From an uncultured Verrucomicrobia subdivision 3 bacterium (GTDB taxonomy: Bacteria; Verrucomicrobiota; Verrucomicrobiia; Limisphaerales; UBA11358), in the NCBI GenBank assembly GCA_903833055.1, contig CAILDU010000048.1, positions 1 to 60,137 on the forward strand: DNA of 60,137 bases, written 5' to 3'. The notes beneath the pieces were generated by a model. It ran no database searches and was not told the DNA's origin. It saw only the letters and a program-made list of their open reading frames with translations. Shown here in pieces: positions 25,284-35,677 of this stretch (its first letter is position 1; each line of letters begins with the position of its first letter). Made by a program: the position numbers and the translations under genes.

Positions 25284-26522
25284 TTAAACCAACTCCGGCT
25301 CTTCAATTTCTTTCGGCGGTTTGGAAAGTGGCGTGCCATCGGCGGCTTCGGGATACTCGAAAATTTTCCCCTCGAAATTGCGGATGACCACGCGGTCGGC
25401 GTTGTGGCTCAAAACGTATTCGGGATTGACCGGCACTTTGCCGCCGCCGCCGGGCGCGTCAATGACGTAGGTCGGCACGGCGTAACCGGTCGTGTGGCCG
25501 CGCAATTTTTCCATGATCTCCAGTCCCTTCCGCACGCTGACGCGCAGGTGCGCGGAGCCGGAAATCAAATCGCACTGGTAGATGTAATACGGCTTCACGC
25601 GGCACATCAAAAGTTTTTGGACGTGCGCTTTCATCACGTCCGCGTCGTCGTTGACGTGCTTGAGCAACACACTTTGGTTGCCGAGCGGAATGCCGGCGTC
25701 GGCGAGACGACCCATCGCGTCGCGCACTTCGGTCGTGAGTTCGCGCGGATGGTTGGAGTGAATGCTCATGAACAGCGGATGAAATTTTTTCAGCATCGCG
25801 CAAAGTTCGGGCGTGATGCGCTGCGGCAAAAATGTCGGGATGCGTGAACCGATGCGGAGAAATTCAATGTGCGGAATCGCGCGCAGGCGGCTCAATAAAT
25901 TTTCCAGTTTGTCGTCGCTCAACAGCAGCGGGTCGCCGCCGCTCAAAAGCACGTCGCGGATTTCCGGATGCGCGGCGATGTAGGCGATTTGCTTGTCAAA
26001 TTCAGGATGAAAATCGTAGCCGCTCGCGTTGCTCACGAGCCGCGAGCGCGTGCAATAACGGCAATACGCGGCGCAACGATCGGTCACGAGAAACAAAACG
26101 CGGTCGGGATAACGATGGACAAGTCCGGGCACAGGCGAGTGCGAATCTTCGCCGACGGGATCGCTCATCTCCCACGGCGCAGTGTGGGATTCTTCGATGC
26201 GCGGAATGACCTGCTGGCGGATGGGACAATGTTCATCCGCCGGATCAATGAGGTTGAAAAAGTAAGGCGTGATGCCGAGCGCGAGTTTGGTGTTCGCGAG
26301 TTTTGCGCCGGCCAATTCTTCCGGCGTGAGCGTCGGCAAAAATTTCTGCAACTGCTCGACCGTCGTGATGCGATTTTTCAACTGCCACTTCCAATCGTTC
26401 CAATCTTTTTCCGAAACGTCGCGCCAATAGCCGCGTCCGGCGGAAGTGAATTTTTTCAACGCTTGAATCGAGTTGCCCGAAGGCGGTTCGCCGCGTCCCG
26501 TGGATGAATTTTCAGCCTGCAT
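25284..26522 (-). CDS. kamA: lysine 2,3-aminomutase (KamA-family radical SAM)
   Basis: Radical-SAM triad CAAYCRYCTRS, the KamA blocks DVLLSGGDPL and YVIDAPGGGGKVP, and a length of 412 aa. Confidence 0.9.
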   Translation of the reverse strand: MQAENSSTGRGEPPSGNSIQALKKFTSAGRGYWRDVSEKDWNDWKWQLKNRITTVEQLQKFLPTLTPEELAGAKLANTKLALGITPYFFNLIDPADEHCPIRQQVIPRIEESHTAPWEMSDPVGEDSHSPVPGLVHRYPDRVLFLVTDRCAAYCRYCTRSRLVSNASGYDFHPEFDKQIAYIAAHPEIRDVLLSGGDPLLLSDDKLENLLSRLRAIPHIEFLRIGSRIPTFLPQRITPELCAMLKKFHPLFMSIHSNHPRELTTEVRDAMGRLADAGIPLGNQSVLLKHVNDDADVMKAHVQKLLMCRVKPYYIYQCDLISGSAHLRVSVRKGLEIMEKLRGHTTGYAVPTYVIDAPGGGGKVPVNPEYVLSHNADRVVIRNFEGKIFEYPEAADGTPLSKPPKEIEEPELV

Positions 26523-26573
26523 TTTTCAGTATGGGGACTATAAGTTTGAATCGCGTTCTGTCAAGTTGACCGC

Positions 26574-27923
26574 TCACGGCGCGAGGCGATTCACGTTCAA
26601 CGGCAGTTCGCTGGCTTTCAATCTGGCTTCCACATCGCGGCGCTGCGCATCCAGCAAATCCAATTTTTTTATCGTGGCGCTGGCGCTGGCGGGACGATGA
26701 AAGAAACCTTTTTTCGGACCGCCGAGAAAATCAGTGAAGGCTTGATGGTAGCCAGCGGCAACCGGCGCGAGCGGCGGCGTGAGGCGAAGCTGGATGAGTT
26801 CCAAATCGCGCAGTTTGGTGCGAAAAATTTCCGCCTGCCGTTCCGCTGGAAAATTTTGCAGGGCGGACTGCAAAGAAATTTCCGCATACACCGGCAGCGA
26901 GTTGGAGGCGTAACGGACATCCACCGGCACGGCGAGCGCGGCGTCTAGTTTTTCGCGACTGACGACGGAGGTCCATTGCGGACCGGGCGCGCGCGCCGCA
27001 AACGCGACGACGCGGAGCGCCCACCATTTTTCCACATCGAGCGGACGTTGAAAATTTTCGCGGAACGCGGCGAAGAAAGCGGATTGCCAATTTTCATGCG
27101 ACGGCAATTGCGCGAGCATCGCGCGCACATTGGCTGCGCCGTTTTTCAGCGCGAGCAAATCGTGAACGAACAATTGCGCGCTGGCGAGATAGACGCCGTC
27201 GTCGTTGCCGTTTAGCTGCGCGTCGGTCGGCCAGCTCATTTGCTCGAAGGTGAGCGCGGGATAATTTTGCAGCGTGCGGCGCGCGGCGGCGAGTGAATCA
27301 AGTCCGCGCCGCTTTTCTTCGAGCCGCGTTTGAGCAAGGCCATCAATGGTTTTATTGGGCGCGGACAAAATGACTTTGGTTTCCGCCGCTTCCAAAATTT
27401 GCCGCGCCAGTCCGTCCGCAAGCCAGGCGGGAACGACCGAGGAACGGCCGCTGACCGGCGCGTTGCGATTGGCAAGTTCGAGCAACAGCACGGTGCTGAA
27501 CGCGCGCGCGCAACGGTTGCGCGGAATGAGGTCAGGCAATTCCACTCGGTAATTCCAAGTGCGAATAAACGGTTGTGCGGCGATGACTACGTCTTCGTCG
27601 GCCGTGCGTGCGGGATGCAGCGCGAGGAAAATTTTGCCATTCCACGGTGCGTTGGCAGCCATGCCGATTTGCGTCCACAGTGCGACCTTGAAGCGCTCGG
27701 CGGAAACGGCGAGCAACGATGGTTCGAGCCGGAGCAAATCAGTGTTCGTGCCCGCTTCGGCGCGGCGGAAATAGGGATTGATGGGCGACGTGACAGAAAC
27801 AATGAACTGGCCGGAAACGCTGCTGGTGGCGGCGGGCGGGGAAAATGAAGTTTGTCCGCGGGCGGCGGCGAGGAACGTCAGTAGGCCGACCACCAGCGCA
27901 CGGAGTGTGCGCGAACGGTTCAT
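26574..27923 (-). CDS. hypothetical secreted protein
   Basis: 449-aa ORF with signal peptide (LRALVVGLLTFLAAARGQ). Its start overlaps the upstream zinc-ribbon gene stop (ATGA at 27920-27923). No family recognised. Confidence 0.7.
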   Translation of the reverse strand: MNRSRTLRALVVGLLTFLAAARGQTSFSPPAATSSVSGQFIVSVTSPINPYFRRAEAGTNTDLLRLEPSLLAVSAERFKVALWTQIGMAANAPWNGKIFLALHPARTADEDVVIAAQPFIRTWNYRVELPDLIPRNRCARAFSTVLLLELANRNAPVSGRSSVVPAWLADGLARQILEAAETKVILSAPNKTIDGLAQTRLEEKRRGLDSLAAARRTLQNYPALTFEQMSWPTDAQLNGNDDGVYLASAQLFVHDLLALKNGAANVRAMLAQLPSHENWQSAFFAAFRENFQRPLDVEKWWALRVVAFAARAPGPQWTSVVSREKLDAALAVPVDVRYASNSLPVYAEISLQSALQNFPAERQAEIFRTKLRDLELIQLRLTPPLAPVAAGYHQAFTDFLGGPKKGFFHRPASASATIKKLDLLDAQRRDVEARLKASELPLNVNRLAP

Positions 27924-28219
27924 TTTTTTTCCGGTTTGGCGGCGGGCTTGGACTCGGTTTTCGTTTCGACCTTCGTGGGTGCGTAATCTTTTTTCGCCGA
28001 CGATTTATAGCCTTCGCTGCGATAGTCGGTGATGTAGAAACCGTCGCCTTTGAACAGCAGTCCCGCGCCCGCGCCGATTTGTTTAGCGACTTTGCCGCGA
28101 CCCCATTTTTTTTGCGCGCAAAGTTCTTTGGGGCAAATTGTCAGCGTGGGCGCGGACATGGACTGGCGCGTCTCAAATTCGTGTCCGCACTTTTTGCAGA
28201 CGTATTCGTAGGTGGGCAT
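27920..28219 (-). CDS. FmdB-family zinc-ribbon protein
   Basis: MPTYEYVCKKCGHEFE...ICPKELC, which is the CxxC...CxxxxC zinc-ribbon signature, and a Lys-rich tail. Confidence 0.85.
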   Translation of the reverse strand: MPTYEYVCKKCGHEFETRQSMSAPTLTICPKELCAQKKWGRGKVAKQIGAGAGLLFKGDGFYITDYRSEGYKSSAKKDYAPTKVETKTESKPAAKPEKK

Positions 28220-28225
28220 GGCGGC

Positions 28226-28990
28226 TCAATGCGCGGGGGCATTGGTGGACGCGCCGAGCGGCGGAATGACTTTTACCGAGCCGTCGGAACCGACCTCGAC
28301 ATTCAGACCATAATTCGCCGGGGCGGGCGCATTCGTCACCGGCGCAGAACGCTGGATGAGCAATTGCGCGCCTTTTTTCGAGCCGTTGTCATTTTTCATG
28401 AGCTGCAACCGGCGCGCGACAAACAAATCATCTTTAATTTTTTTAACCTGCGTGCGAAGTTCGTTCAGGTCATTGAATTTGTGTTCGACCTCGGCCTTTT
28501 GCGCCATCTGTTTTTCCAATGCCTGTTGGAGGAAAATGCTGTTCGTCTCGGAGGCGTTGAGTTTGCTGCGCGTGTCGTCAATGAGACTGTTCAACTGCGC
28601 GATGGTGTTGGTCAGTTCGTTGGCGCGCTGGTCGAGCACTTTGTTCTGCGTTTCCAAATCGCCGATGCGCGAATTGAGCGTGACGATTTGATCCTGCGCG
28701 CTGACGATAGCGATTTTGCTGTCGTTAATCGTCTTGGCGGCGGCGTTGAGGCTGTTGGAAAGCTGCTCGGCCTGCGTCTGACTCAACACGAGATCGTTGG
28801 AGTAAGTGATGTTGACCTGATTGAGATCATTGATTTTCAAATCGGCGTTCATTACCTGATTGGAAAAATCCATGATGGAACTCATGTCGGCAACGTGCTG
28901 TTCCTCGCCGGATTTTTTTACGGCGAACAGCGCAATGGCCAGAGCGACGCAGGCAACCGCCAAAATAACGATGACAATTTTCATCTTCAT
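28226..28990 (-). CDS. membrane-anchored coiled-coil protein
   Basis: The likely start is MKMKIVIVILAVACVALAIALFA at 28990. A long Gln/Asn/Leu-rich heptad region follows. No family recognised. Confidence 0.65.
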   Translation of the reverse strand: MKMKIVIVILAVACVALAIALFAVKKSGEEQHVADMSSIMDFSNQVMNADLKINDLNQVNITYSNDLVLSQTQAEQLSNSLNAAAKTINDSKIAIVSAQDQIVTLNSRIGDLETQNKVLDQRANELTNTIAQLNSLIDDTRSKLNASETNSIFLQQALEKQMAQKAEVEHKFNDLNELRTQVKKIKDDLFVARRLQLMKNDNGSKKGAQLLIQRSAPVTNAPAPANYGLNVEVGSDGSVKVIPPLGASTNAPAH

Positions 28991-29031
28991 AAGGTTAATT
29001 TGTCGGCCAACGCCTTTTATTGTCAAGCTGC

Positions 29032-30162
29032 TTACTTCAACGGCTGATCCACGGCCGCAGCGGCATTCGGACCGGCGGCGTCAGCTTGAGCGCGGACGCT
29101 GGCGTCCAAAGCCTTGAGCGCGGGGTCGGTGATTTCCACCGACTGGTCGGCGCGCAATTTTTTAACGTAGTCCGGCGCGAGCGCTTTGATCTGTTCCGAT
29201 TCCACTTCGTTTTTGCAGATGTCAGCTACGGTCTTGTTGATTTGCGGCAACGTATCGGTGTAGGCAAATTTCTTGGCCGGCGTCAGGTCAATCATTTTGA
29301 GAATGTGATAACCGAATTGCGTGGTGACAACGTCGCTGACCTGATTGTTCGTCATGGAGAATGCGGTCGCTTCAAATTCGGGAACCATCTGGCCGCGCGA
29401 AAATTCCGGCAGTTCGCCGCCTTTTTCCTTCGAGCCGGGATCTTCGGAATACTGGCTGGCGAGCGTAGCGAAATCCGCGCCGCCGCGAATCTGTTTCAGC
29501 AGCGCGTCAATCTGTTTGCGCTTGGCGGCAACGGCGTTCGTCGGCAACGGCGTCCGCGTCGCCGGATCAATCGTCATCAGCAAAATGTGGCGGACGTGCG
29601 CCATTTCCGGCTGTTCAAAATCCGCCGCGTGTTTGTCGTAAAACGCCTTTGCCTGCGCGTCCGTGACGTTGATGTTCAATTCACGTTTGAGCGTGGCTTT
29701 GGCCGTCGCTTCCTGCGCGGCTTTGGCGCGCAAATCATCCGCCGTCATGCCGACCGCCTTGAGCTGGCGATCGAACGCCTCGACGGAACCGAAGCGTTTG
29801 ACGAGATTCGTGTATTGCAAGTTCGCCTCCGCCGCACCCACCGCGCGGTCAGCTGGCGTCGCCAATTGCAACAGCGATTGGATGGTGACCAACTGATTCA
29901 AAATCGCGATGGCAAATTCCGGAGGCAACTGCTGACCTTGCGCGGCGGCATTCGCCTTCGCACCCGTCAAAACTTGATCCAATTCGCTCTGCTTGATGTC
30001 AAAACCCTTCGCCTTGACGATGACCGGGTCGCCGAATAGCGCTTTCATCGTCGCTTCGGGACTGGCGTTGGTGCTGGCGGAAGCCGCCGCCGGAGCGGTG
30101 ACAGCGTTGGCGGAAATCACACCGGCCATCAGCGCGGCGGAAAGGAATAATTTCGTTTTCAT
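29032..30162 (-). CDS. periplasmic parvulin-type peptidyl-prolyl isomerase (SurA/PrsA-like)
   Basis: Signal peptide and the rotamase block HVRHILL...FATLASQYSEDPGSKEKGGELPEFSRGQMVPEFE...FGYHILKM. Confidence 0.85.
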   Translation of the reverse strand: MKTKLFLSAALMAGVISANAVTAPAAASASTNASPEATMKALFGDPVIVKAKGFDIKQSELDQVLTGAKANAAAQGQQLPPEFAIAILNQLVTIQSLLQLATPADRAVGAAEANLQYTNLVKRFGSVEAFDRQLKAVGMTADDLRAKAAQEATAKATLKRELNINVTDAQAKAFYDKHAADFEQPEMAHVRHILLMTIDPATRTPLPTNAVAAKRKQIDALLKQIRGGADFATLASQYSEDPGSKEKGGELPEFSRGQMVPEFEATAFSMTNNQVSDVVTTQFGYHILKMIDLTPAKKFAYTDTLPQINKTVADICKNEVESEQIKALAPDYVKKLRADQSVEITDPALKALDASVRAQADAAGPNAAAAVDQPLK

Positions 30163-30207
30163 TTGGTCAATTGGACTTACAAGTTTCGTTTCGGTTCAAA
30201 AATCGAG

Positions 30208-31809
30208 TTACAACGTTACCACTTTCACATTGCTGATGTCAGCGTCTTTTTTCAGTTCTTCCAGCAACGCCGCTGGCGGCACGCTGTCGAGGCTCAAAAC
30301 CGTCAGCGCCTTGCCGCCTACCGTGTCGCGACCGAGACTCATGCTGGCGATGTTTACCTTGTGCTTGCCGAGCAACGTGCCGAGATGGCCGACGATGCCG
30401 GGCTTGTCGCAATTGTTCAACATCAGCAACGTTCCCGTCACCGGAATTTCCACCGACTGGCTGAACAAACGCACAATGCGCGGATTATTCGGCGAACCAA
30501 AAAACGTGCCGCCAGCGGAAATTAATTTCTCCGCGCCTTTGAACGCCTGCACGTGCACCCATTCGTTGAACGTCACCGGCTCGTCCGATTTCTTTTCTTC
30601 CACCGTGATGCCGATGCTTTGCGCGACGCTGCGAACATTGACGTTATTCACGTCCTTCAAATTGCTCGTCGAGAGGAAGCCACGAATGATCGCGCGCGTC
30701 ACCGGATCAATGTTCGTGAGATTTTTGGCATTGCCGCCGTAAGTGATGTGCAGCTTGTCCGCGCCGGTCGAAAGTTGCGCGAGCAATTTGCCCAGCGCCT
30801 CGCCGAGCGGCAGATACGGTTTCACTTGCTCGGAAGTTTTCGCGTCGAGATACGGCAAGTTGACCGCGTTGCGAACTTCGCCCGTGAGCAAATAGCCCGC
30901 GATGACTTCCGCGACTTCGATGCCGCATTTTTCTTGCGCTTCTTCCGTGCTCGCGCCGAGGTGTGGCGTGAGAATCAAATTCGGCTGCTTGCGATACGGA
31001 TGATCCGCCGGCAACGGTTCCACGGCGAAAACGTCCAGCGCCGCGCCCGCCACCTTATTCGATTCCAAAGCAGCAATTAAATCCGCTTCGCAAATAATTT
31101 CGCCACGCGCGCAATTCACAATTTTCACGCCCGGTTTCATTTTCGCGAACGCCGCCGCGTTCAACATTTCCTTGGTTTCTTTCGTCACCGGCATATGCAC
31201 GGTAATAAAATCCGCCTCGCGATAAACTGCGTCCAAGTCCGCCGCGAACTCCGCGCCAATCGCGCGTGCGCGTTCTTCCGTGAGATACGGATCGTAAGCA
31301 ACGACGCGCATTCCAAACGCCAGCGCGCGTTTCGCGACTTCAGTTCCAATACGGCCCATGCCCAAAATACCGAGCGTCTTGCCCATCAATTCCACGCCGA
31401 CCTTGCCGAGTTCTTTGCGATCCCATTTGCCCGCAGCCATCGAGGCGTGCGCCTGCGGCACTTTACGCGCGAGCGACATGAGCATCGCGAAACTGAGTTC
31501 CGCCGTCGTGATGGTATTGCCGCCGGGCGTGTTCATGACGACCACGCCGTGCTTGGTGGCTGCATCAATATCTACATTGTCCACGCCCACACCGGCGCGG
31601 CCAACGACGCGCAACTGCTTCGCGGCTTCAATCACTTTGCCCTTCACCTTCGTTTCGGAACGCACCACCAACGCCACGGCGTCGGCCACGAGCGGAATCA
31701 ATTCCGCTTCCGGCAACGGCTTCGGCAGCACGACGACTTGAAATTCCGGACGCGATTGGAGCAGCGCAATACCTTTGGGCGAGATGGGGTCGCAAACGAT
31801 TATTTTCAT
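30208..31809 (-). CDS. serA: D-3-phosphoglycerate dehydrogenase (long form with ACT domain)
   Basis: MKIIVCDPISPKGI, the NAD motif GILGMGRIGTEVAKR, the catalytic CARGEI...HLGAST, and a C-terminal ASB/ACT region. Confidence 0.93.
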   Translation of the reverse strand: MKIIVCDPISPKGIALLQSRPEFQVVVLPKPLPEAELIPLVADAVALVVRSETKVKGKVIEAAKQLRVVGRAGVGVDNVDIDAATKHGVVVMNTPGGNTITTAELSFAMLMSLARKVPQAHASMAAGKWDRKELGKVGVELMGKTLGILGMGRIGTEVAKRALAFGMRVVAYDPYLTEERARAIGAEFAADLDAVYREADFITVHMPVTKETKEMLNAAAFAKMKPGVKIVNCARGEIICEADLIAALESNKVAGAALDVFAVEPLPADHPYRKQPNLILTPHLGASTEEAQEKCGIEVAEVIAGYLLTGEVRNAVNLPYLDAKTSEQVKPYLPLGEALGKLLAQLSTGADKLHITYGGNAKNLTNIDPVTRAIIRGFLSTSNLKDVNNVNVRSVAQSIGITVEEKKSDEPVTFNEWVHVQAFKGAEKLISAGGTFFGSPNNPRIVRLFSQSVEIPVTGTLLMLNNCDKPGIVGHLGTLLGKHKVNIASMSLGRDTVGGKALTVLSLDSVPPAALLEELKKDADISNVKVVTL

Positions 31810-31914
31810 AATAAAGTTAAAAAACGGATGGCAAGTTTAGATTTTTGCGCGGCAATGGTCAAACAGCGATTCTGGAAACTGCGCTTGGTTCGAACGGAAC
31901 GGCAATGAGATTTT

Positions 31915-33378
31915 TTACAAGGCCGGATTGCGCGGGAATTTGGCATACGGCAAACGCGTGCCACGATATTCCATTTGGTCGGCGCGAATTGAAATGGGCG
32001 CGGGAAACAACGCCGCGCCGCTGGCGGAAATCAAATCGTCCTGATCCACGCCGTCGCCGCTCACGCCAATCGCGCCGATCAAAACGCCGTTGCGATAGAG
32101 CGGAAAGCCGCCGGGGAAAATCGTGATGCCGTTCGGCACGGCAGCATTCACGTTGGTCATCGTAGAAAAAACCGCGCCATTCAAGGGGTTTGTGAAAACA
32201 AGCGAGCTGGCGGTGACGCTGGAATTGGTTTCCTGCGCGCCGAGCAGCGGGCCGGGCAACGTGCCGTTGATGCCGGGCGGATAAAAACTTTGCGCGAGAA
32301 AACCGACGGTGCGCGTGGAGCAGGCGGTGTTCGATGCTGAATACAGCAGGGCTGTGCGCGCCTTCTGCACACAGACATCCCAACTGAACCGCGTCGTGTT
32401 GGGCGACGTGCAAAATGTGCCGAGCACGATGGGCGTCGCGTCGTCCACGCCGGGATTATTGACGACGGTGATAAACACTTCCGCCGGTTGGCCGGGCGGC
32501 AAACGGATGCCGGCGCGCGTGGTGCGACAACGGTTCGCGGCGGCGGTGATGATATCGAGAACCTCAGTGTCCGTCAGTCGCGCGGCGCCGAGCGGCACGA
32601 ATGACGGATCGTTAATAATGGGTTGGCGCACCTCGCCGGTTTCGCCGCCGATGGTCGCCACGGGATACGCAAATGGCGCGGGCGAATTGGTGAGCGTGAA
32701 CGGTGAAATTTCCATTCCCGGCAAACTGGCGAAAGAAATTACGTTTGTCAGTTTGGTTTTAGTTTCGATGTATTCCAGCCGGATGCCCGCCGCCAAAACT
32801 TTCGAGCCAAGAATTTTATTGGGCGGCGCAAAACCGATTTGTCCCGCGAGCGCGACATCTTCATCGCTGTCCGGTTTGGTGATACGGGCGGGCGTGATGT
32901 TTGTCGGCGCGACGAGTGTGAGGCCGGGCGAACTGCCATAAGTAATGACGCTGCCGGGCGCTTTGAATTTATTGATGTCGGAAAAGCTGAGTTGCGAAAA
33001 ATTCACGCCGACGAGTGGACCGGGCGGCTTGTTGCGGATGCCAATGGGAAAATGTTGCTGCACGATGTCGCCTGCGGTGCGCGACGAAAAAGCATTGTTA
33101 TCACTGCTCAAAAACGCAGCCGTGCCGGCTTTGGCGATGGCTTCGGCAACGAGATTATCATCGCCGAGCAAATTTGTGTTCAGCGACCAGACGCCGAGCA
33201 CCCAGCCTTCGCGGTCGGTGACAGCGACGACGGCGTTCGTGTTGAGCATCGGCAGCACGGTCGCGCGCGTGACCGCCTGCGCGATGACGGTCTGGACATC
33301 AGCGAGTGTAAGTTGAGCGGACGCCGTTCGCGCAACCAGCACGGCGAAAAGCAAAATTGGAAAAATCCGTTTCACCAC
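31915..33378 (-). CDS. secreted protein with GlcG/DUF336-like (haem-degrading-family) segments
   Basis: Signal peptide MVKRIFPILLFAVLVARTASA. N-terminal AVVAVTDREGWVLGVW and C-terminal GGFPLYRNGVLIGAIGVSGDGVDQDDLISASGA resemble the two halves of a GlcG domain, separated by about 300 aa. Confidence 0.55.
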   Translation of the reverse strand: MVKRIFPILLFAVLVARTASAQLTLADVQTVIAQAVTRATVLPMLNTNAVVAVTDREGWVLGVWSLNTNLLGDDNLVAEAIAKAGTAAFLSSDNNAFSSRTAGDIVQQHFPIGIRNKPPGPLVGVNFSQLSFSDINKFKAPGSVITYGSSPGLTLVAPTNITPARITKPDSDEDVALAGQIGFAPPNKILGSKVLAAGIRLEYIETKTKLTNVISFASLPGMEISPFTLTNSPAPFAYPVATIGGETGEVRQPIINDPSFVPLGAARLTDTEVLDIITAAANRCRTTRAGIRLPPGQPAEVFITVVNNPGVDDATPIVLGTFCTSPNTTRFSWDVCVQKARTALLYSASNTACSTRTVGFLAQSFYPPGINGTLPGPLLGAQETNSSVTASSLVFTNPLNGAVFSTMTNVNAAVPNGITIFPGGFPLYRNGVLIGAIGVSGDGVDQDDLISASGAALFPAPISIRADQMEYRGTRLPYAKFPRNPAL

Positions 33379-33431
33379 ACGGCGAGCATAAGCGCTTGCT
33401 TTCCGAAAATAAACAATTTCTCATTGGGCAA

Positions 33432-35630
33432 ATGCGGCGGCCTAAATCAGAGGCACAACAGAATTTTCTCCAGCGGCTTATTTTTGCCGGACTGGTGGCG
33501 GGCGCATCATCGTCTGGTTTTGCGGACGACGCGTTGAAACCGTATCAAGCCGTCAGCACAAATACGCCGCCCGCATCGCCGGAAATTTTCAATCCCGATC
33601 CAAATCCAGTTCAGTTGCCCGAACCGCCGCAGACGAATTTTCGCTGGGTGCGGCGCGTGACCGTCAGCACGAATTCCGAACCGCAACCGCAATTCAATCC
33701 CGATCCCGGCGCGAGCTTGAAAACAAAAACGGATTTGCCCGCGCCACTTTTTAACGAGCCGAGCGCACCGCCGGTTTTCACGCCGCCGGAAATTCCCGCC
33801 GACAAAACTTTGCCGCGCGCCGACGTTCGCCTCGGCGAAATTATGCCGTCGCCGACCGCGCCGCCAATGCCCCGTTACGGTTCCGAGCCGCTGACGAACG
33901 GACTCGCGTTGCCGCGCGCGGATGTGCGCCGCGAATTAAAAATTGATCAAGAATTTCGCGTGCCGAAATATTCGCTGCGAAAAATCGATTGTCCGACGAA
34001 CGCCGTGGCGGTTCCCGACCGCTGGCGCATCGGTTTCGTGCCGTGGAAACGCTACACGAGCGGCGTCATCGAGCAGCCTTACGAGACGCCGAACGCGTCG
34101 CTCTGGGCGCCTTACAAACAAAGCGTGCTCAAGGGCGACGTGCCGATCATCGGACAGGATATTTTTCTCGACCTCACGGCGTCGTCGGAGACGGTGACGG
34201 AAATTAAACGCGTGCCGACGCCCAGCGGTGTCAGCACGGCGAACGCCGGCGAAAATTCTTTTTACGGCACGGGCGAACAAATCAGCATCCAAAATAATCT
34301 GGCGCTCTCGATAAATTTATTTCAGGGCGAAACGGCTTTTCGTCCGGTGGATTGGGCGGTGAAAATCGAGCCGGTCTTCAATGTGAACTATCTCGACACG
34401 CAAGAAAATGGCGTCGTTTCGCCCAACGCCAAGCAGGGCACGGATCGCACAAAAACTTATCTCGCGTTGCAGCAGGCGTTCGTCGAAGTGCATCTCGCGG
34501 ACTTGTCGGACACTTACGATTTTTGCTCGGTGCGCGTCGGCAACCAGCCGTTCAACGCCGATTTTCGCGGCTTCATTTTCAACGACATTAATTCCGGTGC
34601 GCGCTTTTTTGGAAATTGGAACAACAATCTTTACCAATACAACGTCGCCGTTTTTGACATGCGCGAGAAGGACACGGACTCGGAACTAAATACTTTTAAC
34701 GACCGCGACCAAGTTGTTTCCATCGTCAATCTTTACAAGCAGGATTTCATCTGGCCGGGCTACACGGCGGAATGGAGTTTTCTTGCGAACAACGATTTTG
34801 GCGGCACGCATTACGACGGCAACGGCAATCTCGTGCGCCCCGAACCCATCGGCACGGTGCAGGCGCACGACGTGAATGCGTATTATCTCGGTTGGGGCGG
34901 CGACGGTCACATCGGACGCTTCAATGTGTCGCACCAATTTTATCAGGCGCTCGGCTACGACAGTTTTAACGACCTCGCCGGTCGCCCCGTAACCATCAAC
35001 GCGCAGATGGCTGCGCTCGAAGTTTCTTACGACCGCGACTGGGCGCGCTACAAAGCGTCGTTTTTTTACGCGAGTGGCGACGGCAATCCGACCGACGGCA
35101 AAGGCACGGGCTTCGACACGATTGTGGACAATCCGAATTTCACCGGCGGCCCATTTAGTTTTTGGAATCGGCAGGGCTTAAATCTCGGCGGCACGATGGT
35201 AAACTTAAAAAATTCCAGCAGCCTCGTGCCGGATATGCGGACGAGCAAAACTGAAGGTCAGGCGAACTTCGTAAATCCCGGCGTTTATATTTTTGGTCTC
35301 GGCGCGGAATTTGATGTGACGCCGAAACTGCGTTCGTTTCTGAATGCGAATTATATTTTGCTCGCACAAACCGAGCCGGTTCAAACCGCGCTGCTCACCT
35401 CAAAAATCAGCAATGAAATCGGCGAAGACTTGAGCCTCGGTTTTCAGTATCGCCCGTTGCTAACGGACAACATTATTTTTTCCGCCGGCTTTGGCGTGCT
35501 GATTCCTGGCAGCGGCTACCGCGACATTTACGGCAACAGCGGCGCGAATGTGCCGGGCTTCAATAATAATAGCGGGAACGCGACGGCCTTTCCTTATAGC
35601 GGATTGATTGCGATCACGTTCACTTACTAA
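33432..35630 (+). CDS. large outer-membrane beta-barrel protein (alginate-export-like?)
   Basis: The likely start is MRRPKSEAQQNFLQRLIFAGLVAGASSSGFA at 33432. A Pro-rich linker with internal duplications (FNPDP, LPRADVR) precedes a long beta-strand region ending ITFTY. Confidence 0.7.
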   Translation: MRRPKSEAQQNFLQRLIFAGLVAGASSSGFADDALKPYQAVSTNTPPASPEIFNPDPNPVQLPEPPQTNFRWVRRVTVSTNSEPQPQFNPDPGASLKTKTDLPAPLFNEPSAPPVFTPPEIPADKTLPRADVRLGEIMPSPTAPPMPRYGSEPLTNGLALPRADVRRELKIDQEFRVPKYSLRKIDCPTNAVAVPDRWRIGFVPWKRYTSGVIEQPYETPNASLWAPYKQSVLKGDVPIIGQDIFLDLTASSETVTEIKRVPTPSGVSTANAGENSFYGTGEQISIQNNLALSINLFQGETAFRPVDWAVKIEPVFNVNYLDTQENGVVSPNAKQGTDRTKTYLALQQAFVEVHLADLSDTYDFCSVRVGNQPFNADFRGFIFNDINSGARFFGNWNNNLYQYNVAVFDMREKDTDSELNTFNDRDQVVSIVNLYKQDFIWPGYTAEWSFLANNDFGGTHYDGNGNLVRPEPIGTVQAHDVNAYYLGWGGDGHIGRFNVSHQFYQALGYDSFNDLAGRPVTINAQMAALEVSYDRDWARYKASFFYASGDGNPTDGKGTGFDTIVDNPNFTGGPFSFWNRQGLNLGGTMVNLKNSSSLVPDMRTSKTEGQANFVNPGVYIFGLGAEFDVTPKLRSFLNANYILLAQTEPVQTALLTSKISNEIGEDLSLGFQYRPLLTDNIIFSAGFGVLIPGSGYRDIYGNSGANVPGFNNNSGNATAFPYSGLIAITFTY

Positions 35631-35677
35631 AATTTGCGTAATGAAATTAAATCGGACAAACTCACGGTAAATGCCGG

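Noticed and set aside
27845-30742. Plus-strand ORFs 27845..29047, 29020..30039 and 29993..30742 opposite the zinc-ribbon, coiled-coil, PPIase and serA genes
   Set aside because: They are antisense shadows with no motifs. The minus-strand genes have clear family signatures and coupled starts and stops.
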